A stretch of 64,000 nucleotides of DNA from Haplodiscus bocki (Eukaryota), in NCBI GenBank assembly GCA_965655095.1, contig OZ296659.1, positions 35,402,001 through 35,466,000 of the forward strand. Direction: 5' to 3'. The first letter of the stretch is position 1. Each line of letters opens with the position of its first letter. The position numbers and the translations under genes were made by a program. The notes beneath the pieces were generated by a model. It was not told the DNA's origin, ran no database searches, and saw nothing but the letters and a program-made list of their open reading frames with translations. This document shows positions 25,701-39,100 of the stretch, one piece after another.

Positions 25701-28366
25701 GATGAAAGCTCAACAATAGATACACGATTAGAAGGTCTATCGTCTGACGGCATCAACACCCTCTGCATCTGCTTTTGATCTCCCACCTTTTCCAGAATCT
25801 TTCATGCAATCAGAGAGTCCCTCCTTTCCCCAAATTGCCACTCTGAGGTACCTCCAATACTTCTCTTTGTTGCAACCAATGCAGCTTTTTTCTGGAGTCT
25901 TGCCTTTGCAGAAACTTCCTTTGCTGTCCTTGGGCTCCTCCAATTCTGAATCAAGCTTGTGCTCTGACCTTTCGCTGTGCTTTCCGGTGGCATCTTTGAG
26001 GTAAATCGATGCGGTTTCATTCAAACACGAATTGCATCGACTTCATAAAGAACTTCCTACGAGTTATTGAGAAGAAATGGAACCTGCCTATACTTCAGGT
26101 AACTCAGAGCTAACACACAATGGTATAGACGTACTATAATTTTCGCTAAAAAGTGACTTGAGTGAAACAACTTGTTTTTGTAAATCGTCATTCTGGGAAT
26201 GCAAGACGTCGTTATATTTTGTCAACAAGGACACAAGTTGTAGCCCGGACTGTTGGATCTTTTCTACTAAATCAATATATATTTGCAGCACTGGCGAAAA
26301 TCGAAGCTGATTGGGTTGTGCACCCTATTTTTCTCACTTTATGCCAAAAATTCAATCTGAGTCGTTATTTTTCTAACTCAGGAATCAAATTTTTGATTTC
26401 ACCGGAAACAACACTGTTCGCACATACTTTTCGTGCGTTCGTTTTTTTCAATTAGGAAGGCTTGGAGCAATATTTTAATGTCTGAGACAAATGCCTGCAA
26501 CTTCTATGCCCGGAAGTATTATCTATGACCCAGAGGCTCACATGCACTTCTGCGCACAGGTGTGCTTGATGAAAGGATTTTGACTCTAGGGATCACGACT
26601 CCGCTCGCGTTCTTTCCGGGCAGATACATCCGAAAAGTTTGATGTGTTGGGTATTTGAGACAAAACTACAGGCATTTTCTTTTTCAACAGTGACTCCTTT
26701 TTAGTCATCAAAGCAACTTTTGCGAGCTGTTTCTGAAGAATTCATTCCACATCGTTTGCCGCATTTATCGGAGGAACTCGTTGATCATGATGAAACATCA
26801 ATGTCTCATTTTTTGACAGTGCCTTTTTGCAAAGAGATCTGTTGCCATCAACTTCCGCAAGAGAGCAGTCGGGGGTCAAAAACAACCAGTCACTGCGACT
26901 GAAAAACAACTGATTCTTTTTGATAACTGTATTCAAAACTATAGAAATTCCTCTGCATGGGAAAATACATTTTCTTATCACGTAACTTTATTGAATAGAA
27001 ACTTCGAGAAGTTATATAAAAGTTAATACAAACATTGAGTACGTGAATCTTGCTGCCAAAATATTGACAAGATAAAATTGAAACTATATAGCTGATTCAT
27101 TAGGTGAATGCAATCAAAGAATTCATTAATGACATCAGAATAAAAATCATCAATTCGGATACAAAATCCCCGTCTCCATTTCATCCTGTTGTGTTGCTAA
27201 TTGAATATGTCCTTGCTTTGTTGACTGCTCTTCTGTTTTTGAAGGAAGAGTTCTTGAGATGTGGATAAGGAAACTTGTTTTGTATTTCACCTGAAGATTG
27301 AATTTTCTGCTACTTGTTTTCGAGTTAGATTTTGGAATTTGATCTCCAAAAAATAGCGCTTTAGAGATTAACGGAAGTACTAACAACTACCAGCGAAATG
27401 TCTCGAAATTGTTTTCGAGCGTTTTTCAATATACCATTCTGCTGACTTCAGAACGTGCATTCAGACAGGAGGAAGAACGTAGACATAAGCCGGTTTCGAT
27501 ACGGGATTTTTGTTCTCGGGAAGAAATGCTAAAGTTGTAAATTTACTGAAGCTTTCGCTTGAAGTTCTGTTCAGTCCATTTCCTGGATGAAAGCTCAACA
27601 ATAGATACACGATTAGAAGGTCTATCGTCTGACGGCATCAACACCCTCTGCATCTGCTTTTGATCTCCCACCTTTTCTTTCAGAATCTTTCATGCAATCA
27701 GAGAGTCCCTCCTTTCCCCAAATTGCCACTCTGAGGTACCTCCAATACTTCTCTTTGTTGCAACCAATGCAGCTTTTTTCTGGAGTCTTGCCTTTGCAGA
27801 AACTTCCTTTGCTGTCCATGGGCTCCTCCAATTCTGAATCAAGCTTGTGCTCTGACCTTTCGCTTTGCTTTCCGGTGGCATCTTTGAGGTAAATCGATGC
27901 GGTTTCATTCAAACACGAATTGCATCGACTTCATAAAGAACTTCCTACGAGTTATTGAGAAGAAATGGAACCTGCCTATACTTCAGGTAACTCAGAGCTA
28001 ACACACAATGGTATAGACGTACTATAATTTTCGCCAAAAAGTGACTTGAGTGAAACAACTTGTTTTTGTAAATCGTCATTCTGGGAATGCAAGACGTCGT
28101 TATATTTTGTCAACAAGGACATAAGTTGTAGCCCAGACTGTTGGATCTTTTCTACTAAATCAATATATAATTGCAGCACTGGCGAAAATCGAAGCTGGTT
28201 GGGTTGTGCACCCTATTTTGCTCACTTTATTCCAAAAATTCAATCTGAGTCGTTTTTTTGCTAACTCCGGAGTCAAATTTTCGATTTCACCGGAAACAAT
28301 ATTGTTCGCACATACCTTTCGTGTGTTCGTTTTTTTCAATTAGGAAGGCTTGGTGCAGTATCTTAA
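22703..28366. repeat. Sub-family of three closely related long copies (13-15)
   Basis: Shared private variants TGCATTCAGACAGG (3-bp deletion), GATGAAAGCTCAACAATAG and GGTCTATCGTCTGACGGC. Confidence 0.9.
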
Positions 28367-30125
28367 TGTCTGAGACAAATGCCTTCAACTTCTATGCCCG
28401 CAAGTATTAACTATCACCCAGAGGTTCACATGCACTTCTGCGCACAGGTGTGCTTGATGAAACGGACTTTGACTCTAGGGATCACGACTCCGCTCGCTTT
28501 CTTTTTCCGGACAGATACATCCAAAAAGTTTGTTGTGTTGGGTTTTTGACACAAAACTACAGGCTTTTTTTTTCAACAGTGACTCCTTTTAGTCATCAAA
28601 GCAACTTTTGCGAGCTGTTTCTGAAGATTTCATTCCACATTTTTTGCCGCATTTATCGGAGAAACTCGTTGATCATGATGAAACATCAATGTCCCATATT
28701 TTCACAGTGCCTTTTTGCAAACAAACCTGTTGCCATCAACTTCAGCAAGAGGGCAGTCGGGGGTCAAAAATAACCAGTCACTGCGACTGAAAAACAACTG
28801 CTTCTTTTTGATAACTGTTTTCAAAACTATCGAAATTCATCTGCATGGGAAAGTACATTTTCTTATCACGTAACTTTATTAAATATAAACTTCGAGAAGC
28901 TATATAAAAGTTAATACAAACATCGATTTCGTGAAACTTGCTGCCAAAATAATGACAACATAAAATTGAAACTATATAGCTGATTCATTAGGTGAATGCA
29001 ATCAAGGAATTCATTAATGACATCAGAATAAAAATCATCAATTCGGATACAAAATCCCGGTCTCCATTTCATCCTGTTGTGTTGCTAATTGTATCTGTCC
29101 TTGCTATGTTGACTGCTCTTCTGTTTTTGAAGGAAGAGTTCTTGAGATGTAGATAAGGAAATTTGTTTTGTATTTCACCTGAAGATTGAATTTTCTGCTA
29201 CTTGGAGTTAGATTTTGGAATTTGATCTCCAAAAAATAGCGCCTTAAAGATTAACGGAAGTACTAACAACTACCAGCGAAATGTCTCGAAATCGTTTTCG
29301 AGCGTTTTTTAAAATACCACTCTGCTGACTTCAGAACGTGCACTTTTGAGACAGGAGGAAAAACGTAGAAATGAGCCGGTTTTGATACGGGATTTTTGTT
29401 TTCAGGAAGAAATACCGAAGTCGTAAACTTACTGAAGCTTCCGCTTGAAGTTCTGTTCAGTCCATTTCCTGAATCAAAGCCCAGGAATAGATACACGATT
29501 AGAAGGGCTAACGTCTGAAGGCATCAACACCCTCTGCATCTGCTTTTAATCTGCCACTTTCTTTTCAGAATTTTTCATGCAATGAGGGAGTCCCTCATTT
29601 CCCCAAATTTCCGCTCCGAGGTATCTCCAATACTTCTATTTGTTGCAACCAATGCAGCTTTTTTCTGGAGTCTTGCCTTTTCACACACTTCCATCGCTCG
29701 CCATGGGCTTCGCCAATTCTGAATAAAGCTTGTGCTCTGACCTTTCGCTTTGCTTTCCGGCGGCATCTTTGAGCTGAATTGATGCGGTTCCATTCAAACA
29801 CAGATTGCATTGACTTCCTATAGAACCTCCAACCAGTTAATGAGAAAAAATGGACCCTTGCTTAAACTTCAGGTAACTCGGAGCTAACATATAATGGTAT
29901 AGACGTTCTATAATTTTCGCTAACAAGTGGCTTGAGCGAAACAACTTGTTCCTGTAAACTGTCATTCTGGGACTGCAAGACGTCTACGTTGTGCACCTTA
30001 TTTCTTTCACTTTATGCCAAAAATCAATCCTAATGTTTATTTAATATTTGATTGCACCGGAAACCACAATGTTGGCACATACCTTTCGTTTTTTTTGATT
30101 GGGGAGGCTTGGGGCGGTATCTTCT
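28367..30125. repeat. Chimeric junction copy (copy 16) between the long and short classes
   Basis: The left part carries markers of copies 13-15 (AATCATCAATTCGG, GGAAGTACTAAC). The right part carries short-class markers (GAGCTGAATTGATG, GGACCCTTGC, and the CGTCTACGTTGTGCACC deletion junction at ~29985). Confidence 0.9.
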
Positions 30126-33100
30126 TGTCTGAGACAAATGACTGGAACTTTTGTGTCCGCATGTATCAACTATCACCCAGAGGCTCACCTGCACTTCTGC
30201 GCACAGGTTTGCTTGATAAAACGGAGTTTGAGTTTAAGGATCACGACTCCATTCGCTTTCGTTTTCTGGACGGATACATCCGAAAATTCTGATGTGTTGG
30301 GTATTTGAGAAGAAACTACAGGCTTTTTCTAACATTGACTCTTTTTTAGTCATCGAAGCAACTTTTCTGACCTGTTTCAGGAGAATGCATTCCCCATCCT
30401 CTTCCTCATTTATCAGATAAACTCGTAGATCATGATGAAACATCAATTTCTAATAATTTGACAGTGCCTTTTTGCAAAGAGATCTGTTGCCATCAACTTC
30501 AGCAAGAGATCTGTCGGGGGTCAAAAATAACCAGTCACTGCGACTGAAAAACAACTGATTCTTTTTGATAACTGTATTCAAAACTATAGAAATTCATCTG
30601 CATTGGAAAATACGTTTTCTTATCACGTAACTTTTTTGAATAGAAACTTCGAGAAGCTGTATAAAAGTTAATAAAAAACATTGAGTTCATGAAAGTTGCT
30701 GCCAAAATATTGACAACATAAAATTGAAATTATATAGCTGATTCATTAGGTGAATGCAATCAAGGAATTCATTAATGACTTCACAATAAAAATCATCAAC
30801 TTCGGATACAAAATCCTCGTCTCCATTTCATCCTGTTGTGTTGCTCATTGAATATGTCCTTGCTTTGTTGACTGCTCTTCTGTTTTTGAAGGAAGAGTTC
30901 TTGAGATGTGGATAAGGAAACTTGTTTTGTATTTCACCTGAAGAGTGAAAATTCTGCTACTTATTTTTGAGTTAGATTTTGGAAACTGATCTCCAAAAAA
31001 TAGCGCTTTAGAGATTAACGGAATTACTAACAACTACCAGCGAAATGTCTCGAAATCGTTTTCGAGCATTTTTTAAAATACCACTCTGCTGACTTCAGAA
31101 CGTGCATTTTTGAGACAGGAGGAAAAACGTAGAAATGAGCCGGTTTCGATACGGGATTTTTGTTTTCAGGAAGAAATACCGAAGTTGTAAACTTACTGAG
31201 GCTTCCGCTTGAAGTTCTGTTCAGTCCATTTCCTGAATCAAAGCCCAGGAATAGATACACGATTAGAAGGGCTAACGTCTGAAGGCATCAACACCCTCTG
31301 CATCTGCTTTTGATCTGCCACTTTTTTTCAGATTTTTTTCATGCAATCAGGGAGTCCCTCATTTCCCCAAACTGCCACTCTTAGGTACCTCCAATACTTC
31401 TCTTTGTTGCAACCAATGCAGCTTTTGTCTGGAGTCTTGCCTTTTCAGAAACTTCCATCGCTCGCCATGGGCTCCGCCAATTCTGAATCAAGCTTGTGCT
31501 CTGACCTTTCGCTTTGCTTTCCGGTGGCATCTTTGAGCTGAATTGATGCGGTTCCATTCAAACACAAATTGCATTGACTTCCTATAGAACCTCCAACCAG
31601 TTAATGAGAAAAAATGGACCCTTGCTTAAACTTCAGGTAACTCGGAGCTAACATATAATGGTATAGACGTTCTATAATTTTCGCTAACAAGTGGCTTGAG
31701 CGAAACAACTTGTTCCTGTAAAGTGTCAGTCTGGGACTGCAAGACGTCTACGTTGTGCACCTTATTTCTTTCACTTTATGCCAGAAATCAATCTTAATGT
31801 TTATTTAATATTTGATTGCACCGGAAACCACAATGTTGGCACATACCTTTCGTTTTTTTTAATTGGGGAGGCTTGGGGCGGTATCTTCTTGTCTGAGACA
31901 AATGACTGGAACTTTTGTGTCCGCATGTATCAACTATCACCCAGAGGCTCACCTGCACTTCTGCGCACAGGTTTGCTTGTTAAAACGGAGTTTGAGTTTA
32001 AGGATCACGACTCCATTCGCTTTCGTTTTCTGGACGGATACATCCGAAAATTCTGATGTGTTGGGTATTTGAGAAGAAACTACAGGCTTTTTCTAACATT
32101 GACTCTTTTTTAGTCATCGAAGCAACTTTTCTGACCTGTTTCAGGAGAATGCATTCCCCATCCTCTTCCTCATTTATCAGATAAACTCGTAGATCATGAT
32201 GAAACATCAATTTCTAATAATTTGACAGTGCCTTTTTGCAAAGAGATCTGTTGCCATCAACTTCAACAAGAGAGCAGTCGGGGGTCAAAAATAACCAGTC
32301 ACTGCGACTGAAAAACAACTGATTCTTTTTGATAACTGTATTCAAAACTATAGAAATTCATCTGCATTGGAAAATACGTTTTCTTATCACGTAACTTTAT
32401 TGAATAGAAACTTGGAGAAGCTGTTTAAAAGTTAATACAAACATTGAGTTCGTGAAACTTGCTGCCAAAATATTGACAACATAAAATTGAAATTATATAG
32501 CTGATTCATTAGGTGAATGCAATCAAGGAATTCTTTAATGACTTCACAATAAAAATCATCAACTTCGGATACAAAATCCCCGTCTCCATTTCATCCTGTT
32601 GTGTTGCTCATTGAATATGTCCTTGCTTTGTTGACTGCTCTTCTGTTTTTGAAGGAAGAGTTCTTGAGATGTGGATAAGGAAACTTGTTTTGTATTTCAC
32701 CTGAAGAGTGAAAATTCTGCTACTTATTTTTGAGTTAGATTTTGGAAACTGATCTCCGAAAAATAGCGCTTTAGAGAATAACGGAATTACTAACAACTAC
32801 CAGCGAAATGTCTCGAAATCGTTTTCGAGCGTTTTTTAAAATACCACTCTGCTGACTTCAGAACGTGCATTTTTGAGACAGGAGGAAAAACGTAGAAATG
32901 AGCCGGTTTTGATACGGGATTTTTGTTTTCAGGAAGAAATACCGAAGTTGTAAACTTACTGAAGCTTTCGCTTGAAGTTCTGTTCAGTCCATTTCCTGAA
33001 TCAAAGCCCAGGAATAGTTACACGATTAGAAGGGCTAACGTCTGAAGGCATCAACACCCTCTGCATCTGCTTTTGATCTGCCACTTTTTTTCCAGAATTT

Positions 33101-36100
33101 TTCATGCAATCAGGGAGTCCCTCATTTTCCCAAATTGCCACTCTGAGGTACCTCCAATACTTCTCTTTGTTGCAACCAATGCAGCTTTTTTCTGGAGTCT
33201 TGCCTTTTCACACACTTCCATCGCTCGCCATGGGCTCCGCCAATTCTGAATCAAGCTTGTGCTCTGACCTTTCGCTTTGCTTTCCGGCGGCATCTTTGAG
33301 CTGAATTGATGCGGTTCCATTCAAACACAAATTGCATTGACTTCCTATAGAACCTCCCTCCAACCAGTTAATGAGAAAAAATGGACCCTTGCTTAAACTT
33401 CAGGTAACTCGGAGCTAACATATAATGGTATAGACGTTCTATAATTTTCGCTAACAAGTGGCTTGAGCGAAACAACTTGTTCCTGTAAACTGTCATTCTG
33501 GGACTGCAAGACGTCTACGTTGTGCACCTTATTTCTTTCACTTTATGCCAAAAATCAATCCTAATGTTTATTTAATATTTGATTGCACCGGAAACCACAA
33601 TGTTGGCACATACCTTTCGTTTTTTTTGATTGGGGAGGCTTGGGGCGGTATCTTCTTGTCTGAGACAAATGACTGGAACTTTTGTGTCCGCATGTATCAA
33701 CTATCACCCAGAGGCTCACCTGCACTTCTGCGCACAGGTTTGCTTGATAAAACGGAGTTTGAGTTTAAGGATCACGACTCCATTCGCTTTCGTTTTCTGG
33801 ACGGATACATCCGAAAATTCTGATGTGTTGGGTATTTGAGAAGAAACTACAGGCTTTTTTTAACATTGACTCTTTTTTAGTCATCGAAGCAACTTTTCTG
33901 ACCTGTTTCAGGAGAATGCATTCCCCATCCTCTTCCTCATTTATCAGATAAACTCGTAGATCATGATGAAACATCAATTTCTAATAGTTTGACAGTGCCT
34001 TTTTGCAAAGAGATCTGTTGCCATCAACTTCAGCAAGAGAGCAGTCGGGGGTCAAAAATAACCAGTCACTGCCACTGGAAAACAACTGATTCTGTTTGAT
34101 AACTGTATTCAAAACTATAGAAATTCATCTGCATTGGAAAATACGTTTTCTTATCACGTAACTTTATTGAATAGAAACTTGGAGAAGCTGTATAAAAATT
34201 AATACAAACATTGAGTTCGTGAAACTTGCTGCCAAAATATTGACAACATAAAATTGAAATTATATAGCTGATTCATTAGGTGAATGCAATCAAGGAATTC
34301 TTTAATGACTTCACAATAAAAATCATCAACTTCGGATACAAAATCCCCGTCTCCATTTCATCCTGTTGTGTTGCTCACTGAATATGTCCTTGCTTTGTTG
34401 ACTGCTCTTCTGTTTTTGAAGGAAGAGTTCTTGAGATGTGGATAAGGAAACTTGTTTTGTATTTCACCTGAAGAGTGAAAATTCTGCTACTTATTTTTGA
34501 GTTAGATTTTGGAAACTGATCCCCAAAAAATAGCGCTTTAGAGATTAACGGAATTACTAACAAGTACCAGCGAAATGTCTCGAAATCGTTTTCGAGCGTT
34601 TTTTAAAATACCACTCTGCTGACTTCAGAACGTGCACTTTTGAGACAGGAGGAAAAACGTAGAAATGAGCCGGTTTTGATACGGGATTTTTGTTTTCAGG
34701 AAGAAATACCGAAGTCGTAAACTTACTGAAGCTTCCGCTTGAAGTTCTGTTCAGTCCATTTCCTGAATCAAAGCCCAGGAATAGATACACGATTAGAAGG
34801 GCTAACGTCTGAAGGCATCAACACCCTCTGCATCTGCTTTTGATCTGCCACTTTTTTTCCAGAATTTTTCATGCAATCAGGGAGTCCCTCATTTTCCCAA
34901 ATTGCCACTCTGAGGTACCTCCAATACTTCTCTTTGTTGCAACCAATGCAGCTTTTTTCTGGAGTCTTGCCTTTTCACACACTTCCATCGCTCGCCATGG
35001 GCTCCGCCAATTCTGAATCAAGCTTGTGCTCTGACCTTTCGCTTTGCTTTCCGGCGGCATCTTTGAGCTGAATTGATGCGGTTCCATTCAAACACAAATT
35101 GCATTGACTTCCTATAGAACCTCCCTCCAACCAGTTAATGAGAAAAAATGGACCCTTGCTTAAACTTCAGGTAACTCGGAGCTAACATATAATGGTATAG
35201 ACGTTCTATAATTTTCGCTAACAAGTGGCTTGAGCGAAACAACTTGTTCCTGTAAACTGTCAGTCTGGGACTGCAAGACGTCTACGTTGTGCACCTTATT
35301 TCTTTCACTTTATGCCAAAAATCAATCTTAATGTTTATTTAATATTTGATTGCACCGGAAACCACAATTTTGGCACATACCTTTCGTTTTTTTTAATTGG
35401 GGAGGCTTGGGGCGGTATCTTCTTGTCTGAGACAAATGACTGGAACTTTTGTGTCCGCATGTATCAACTATCACCCAGAGGCTCACCTGCACTTCTGCGC
35501 ACAGGTTTGCTTGATAAAACGGAGTTTGAGTTTAAGGATCACGACTCCATTCGCTTTCGTTTTCTGGACGGATACATCCGAAAATTCTGATGTGTTGGGT
35601 ATTTGAGAAGAAACTACAGGCTTTTTCTAACATTGACTCTTTTTTAGTCATCGAAGCAACTTTTCTGACCTGTTTCAGGAGAATGCATTCCCCATCCTCT
35701 TCCTCATTTATCAGATAAACTCGTAGATCATGATGAAACATCAATTTCTAATAATTTGACAGTGCCTTTTTGCAAAGAGATCTGTTGCCATCAACTTCAG
35801 CAAGAGAGCAGTCGGGGGTCAAAAATAACCAGTCACTGCGACTGGAAAACAACTGATTCTGTTTGATAACTGTATTCAAAACTATAGAAATTCATCTGCA
35901 TTGGAAAATACGTTTTCTTATCACGTAACTTTATTGAATAGAAACTTGGAGAAGCTGTATAAAAATTAATACAAACATTGAGTTCGTGAAACTTGCTGCC
36001 AAAATATTGACAACATAAAATTGAAATTATATAGCTGATTCATTAGGTGAATGCAATCAAGGAATTCTTTAATGACTTCACAATAAAAATCATCAACTTC

Positions 36101-39100
36101 GGATACAAAATCCCCGTCTCCATTTCATCCTGTTGTGTTGCTCATTGAATATGTCCTTGCTTTGTTGACTGCTCTTCTGTTTTTGAAGGAAGAGTTCTTG
36201 AGATGTGGATAAGGAAACTTGTTTTGTCTTTCACCTGAAGAGTGAAAATTCTGCTACTTATTTTTGAGTTAGATTTTGGAAACTGATCCCCAAAAAATAG
36301 CGCTTTAGAGATTAACGGAATTACTAACAACTACCAGCGAAATGTCTCGAAATCGTTTTCGAGCGTTTTTTAAAATACCACTCTGCTGACTTCAGAACGT
36401 GCACTTTTGAGACAGGAGGAAAAACGTAGAAATGAGCCGGTTTTGATATGGGATTTTTGTTTTCAGGAAGAAATACCGAAGTCGTAAACTTACTGAAGCT
36501 TCCGCTTGAAGTTCTGTTCAGTCCATTTCCTGAATCAAAGCCCAGGAATAGATACACGATTAGAAGGGCTAACGTCTGAAGGCATCAACACCCTCTGCAT
36601 CTGCTTTTGATCTGCCACTTTTTTTCCAGAATTTTTCATGCAATCAGGGAGTCCCTCATTTCCCCAAATTGCCACTCTGAGGTACCTCCAATACTTCTCT
36701 TTGTTGCAACCAATGCAGCTTTTTTCTGGAGTCTTGCCTTTTCACACACTTCCATCGCTCGCCATGGGCTTCGCCAATTCTGAATCAAGCTTGTGCTCTG
36801 ACCTTTCGCTTTGCTTTCCAGCGGCATCTTTGAGCTGAATTGATGCGGTTCCATTCAAACACAGATTGCATTGACTTCCTATAGAACCTCCAACCAGTTA
36901 ATGAGAAAAATGGACCCTTGCTTAAACTTCAGGTAACTCGGAGCTAACATATAATGGTATAGACGTTCTATAATTTTCGCTAACAAGTGGCTTGAGCGAA
37001 ACAACTTGTTCCTGTAAACTGTCATTCTGGGACTGCAAGACGTCTACGTTGTGCACCTTATTTCTTTCACTTTATGCCAAAAATCAACCTTAATGTTTAT
37101 TTAATATTTGATTGCACCGGAAACCACAATGTTGGCACATACCTTTCGTTTTTTTAATTGGGGAGGCTTGGGGCGGTATCTTCTTGTCTGAGACAAATGA
37201 CTGGAACTTTTGTGTCCGCATGTATCAACTATCACCCAGAGGCTCACCTGCACTTCTGCGCACAGGTTTGCTTGATAAAACGGAGTTTGAGTTTAAGGAT
37301 CACGACTCCATTCGCTTTCGTTTTCTGGACGGATACATCCGAAAATTCTGATGTGTTGGGTATTTGAGAAGAAACTACAGGCTTTTTCTAACATTGACTC
37401 TTTTTTAGTCATCGAAGCAACTTTTCTGACCTGTTTCAGGAGAATGCATTCCCCATCCTCTTCCTCATTTATCAGATAAACTCGTAGATCATGATGAAAC
37501 ATCAATTTCTAATAATTTGACAGTGCCTTTTTGCAAAGAGATCTGTTGCCATCAACTTCAGCAAGAGAGCAGTCGGGGGTCAAAAATAACCAGTCACTGC
37601 GACTGAAAAACAACTGATTCTTTTTGATAACTGTATTCAAAACTATAGAAATTCATCTGCATTGGAAAATACGTTTTCTTATCACGTAACTTTATTGAAT
37701 AGAAACTTGGAGAAGCTGTATAAAAGTTAATACAAACATTGAGTTCGTGAAACTTGCTGCCAAAATATTGACAACATAAAAATGAAATTATATAGCTGAT
37801 TCATTAGGTGAATGCAATCAAGGAATTCATTAATGACTTCACAATAAAAATCATCAACTTCGGATACAAAATCCCCGTCTCCATTTCATCCTGTTGTGTT
37901 CTCATTGAATATGTCCTTGCTTTTTTGACTGCTCTTCTGTTTTTGAAGGAAGAGTTCTTGAGATGTGGATAAGGAAACTTGTTTTGTATTTCACCTGAAG
38001 AGTGAAAATTCTGCTACTTATTTTTGAGTTAGATTTTGGAAACTGATCTCCAAAAAATAGCGCTTTAGAGATTAACGGAATTACTAACAACTACCAGCGA
38101 AATGTCTCGAAATCGTTTTCGAGCGTTTTTTAAAATACCACTCTGCTGACTTCAGAACGTGCATTTTTGAGACAGGAGTAAAAACGTAGAAATGAGCCGG
38201 TTTTGATACAGGATTTTTGTTTTCAGGAAGAAATACCGAAGTTGTAAACTTACTGAAGCTTCCGCTTGAAGTTCTGTTCAGTCCATTTCCTGGATCAAAG
38301 CCTAGGAATAGATACACGATTAGAAGGGCTAACGTCTGAAGGCATCAACACCCTCTGCATCTGCTTTTGATCTGCCACTTTTTTTTCAGATTTTTTCATG
38401 CAATCAGGGAGTCCCTCATTTCCCCAAATTGCCACTCTTAGGTACCTCCAATACTTCTCTTTGTTGCAACCAATGCAGCTTTTGTCTGGAGTCTCGCCTT
38501 TTCAGAAACTTCCATCGCTCGCCATGGGCTCCGCCAATTCTGAATCAAGCTTGTGCTCTGACCTTTCGCTTTGCTTTCCGGCGGCATCTTTGAGCTGAAT
38601 TGATGCGGTTCCATTCCAACACAAATTGCATTGACTTCCTATAGAACCTCCCTCCAACCAGTTAATGAGAAAAAATGGACCCTTGCTTAAACTTAAGGTA
38701 ACTCGGAGCTAACATATAATGGTATAGACGTTCTATAATTTTCGCTAACAAGTGGCTTGAGCGAAACAACTTGTTCCTGTAAACTGTCATTCTGGGACTG
38801 CAAGACGTCTACGTTGTGCACCTTATTTCTTTCACTTTATGCCAAAAATCAATCTTAATGTTTATTTAATATTTGATTGCACCGGAAACCACAATGTTGG
38901 CACATACCTTTCGTTTTTTTAATTGGGGAGGCTTGGGGCGGTATCTTCTTGTCTGAGACAAATGACTGGAACTTTTGTGTCCGCATGTATCAACTATCAC
39001 CCAGAGGCTCACCTGCACTTCTGCGCACAGGTTTGCTTGATAAAACGGAGTTTGAGTTTAAGGATCACGACTCCATTCGCTTTCGTTTTCTGGACGGATA

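Larger units (their letters stand above)
1..28366. repeat. Long-unit sub-array (copies 1-15, 1886-1898 bp), heterogeneous and mosaic
   Basis: Anchor spacings are 1889, 1889, 1889, 1892, 1889, 1892, 1889, 1892, 1895, 1898, 1893, 1895, 1890, 1886, 1888. All copies carry the ~103-bp segment between GACTGCAAGACGTCT and GTTGTGCACC (1624-1726 in copy 1). Confidence 0.95.
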
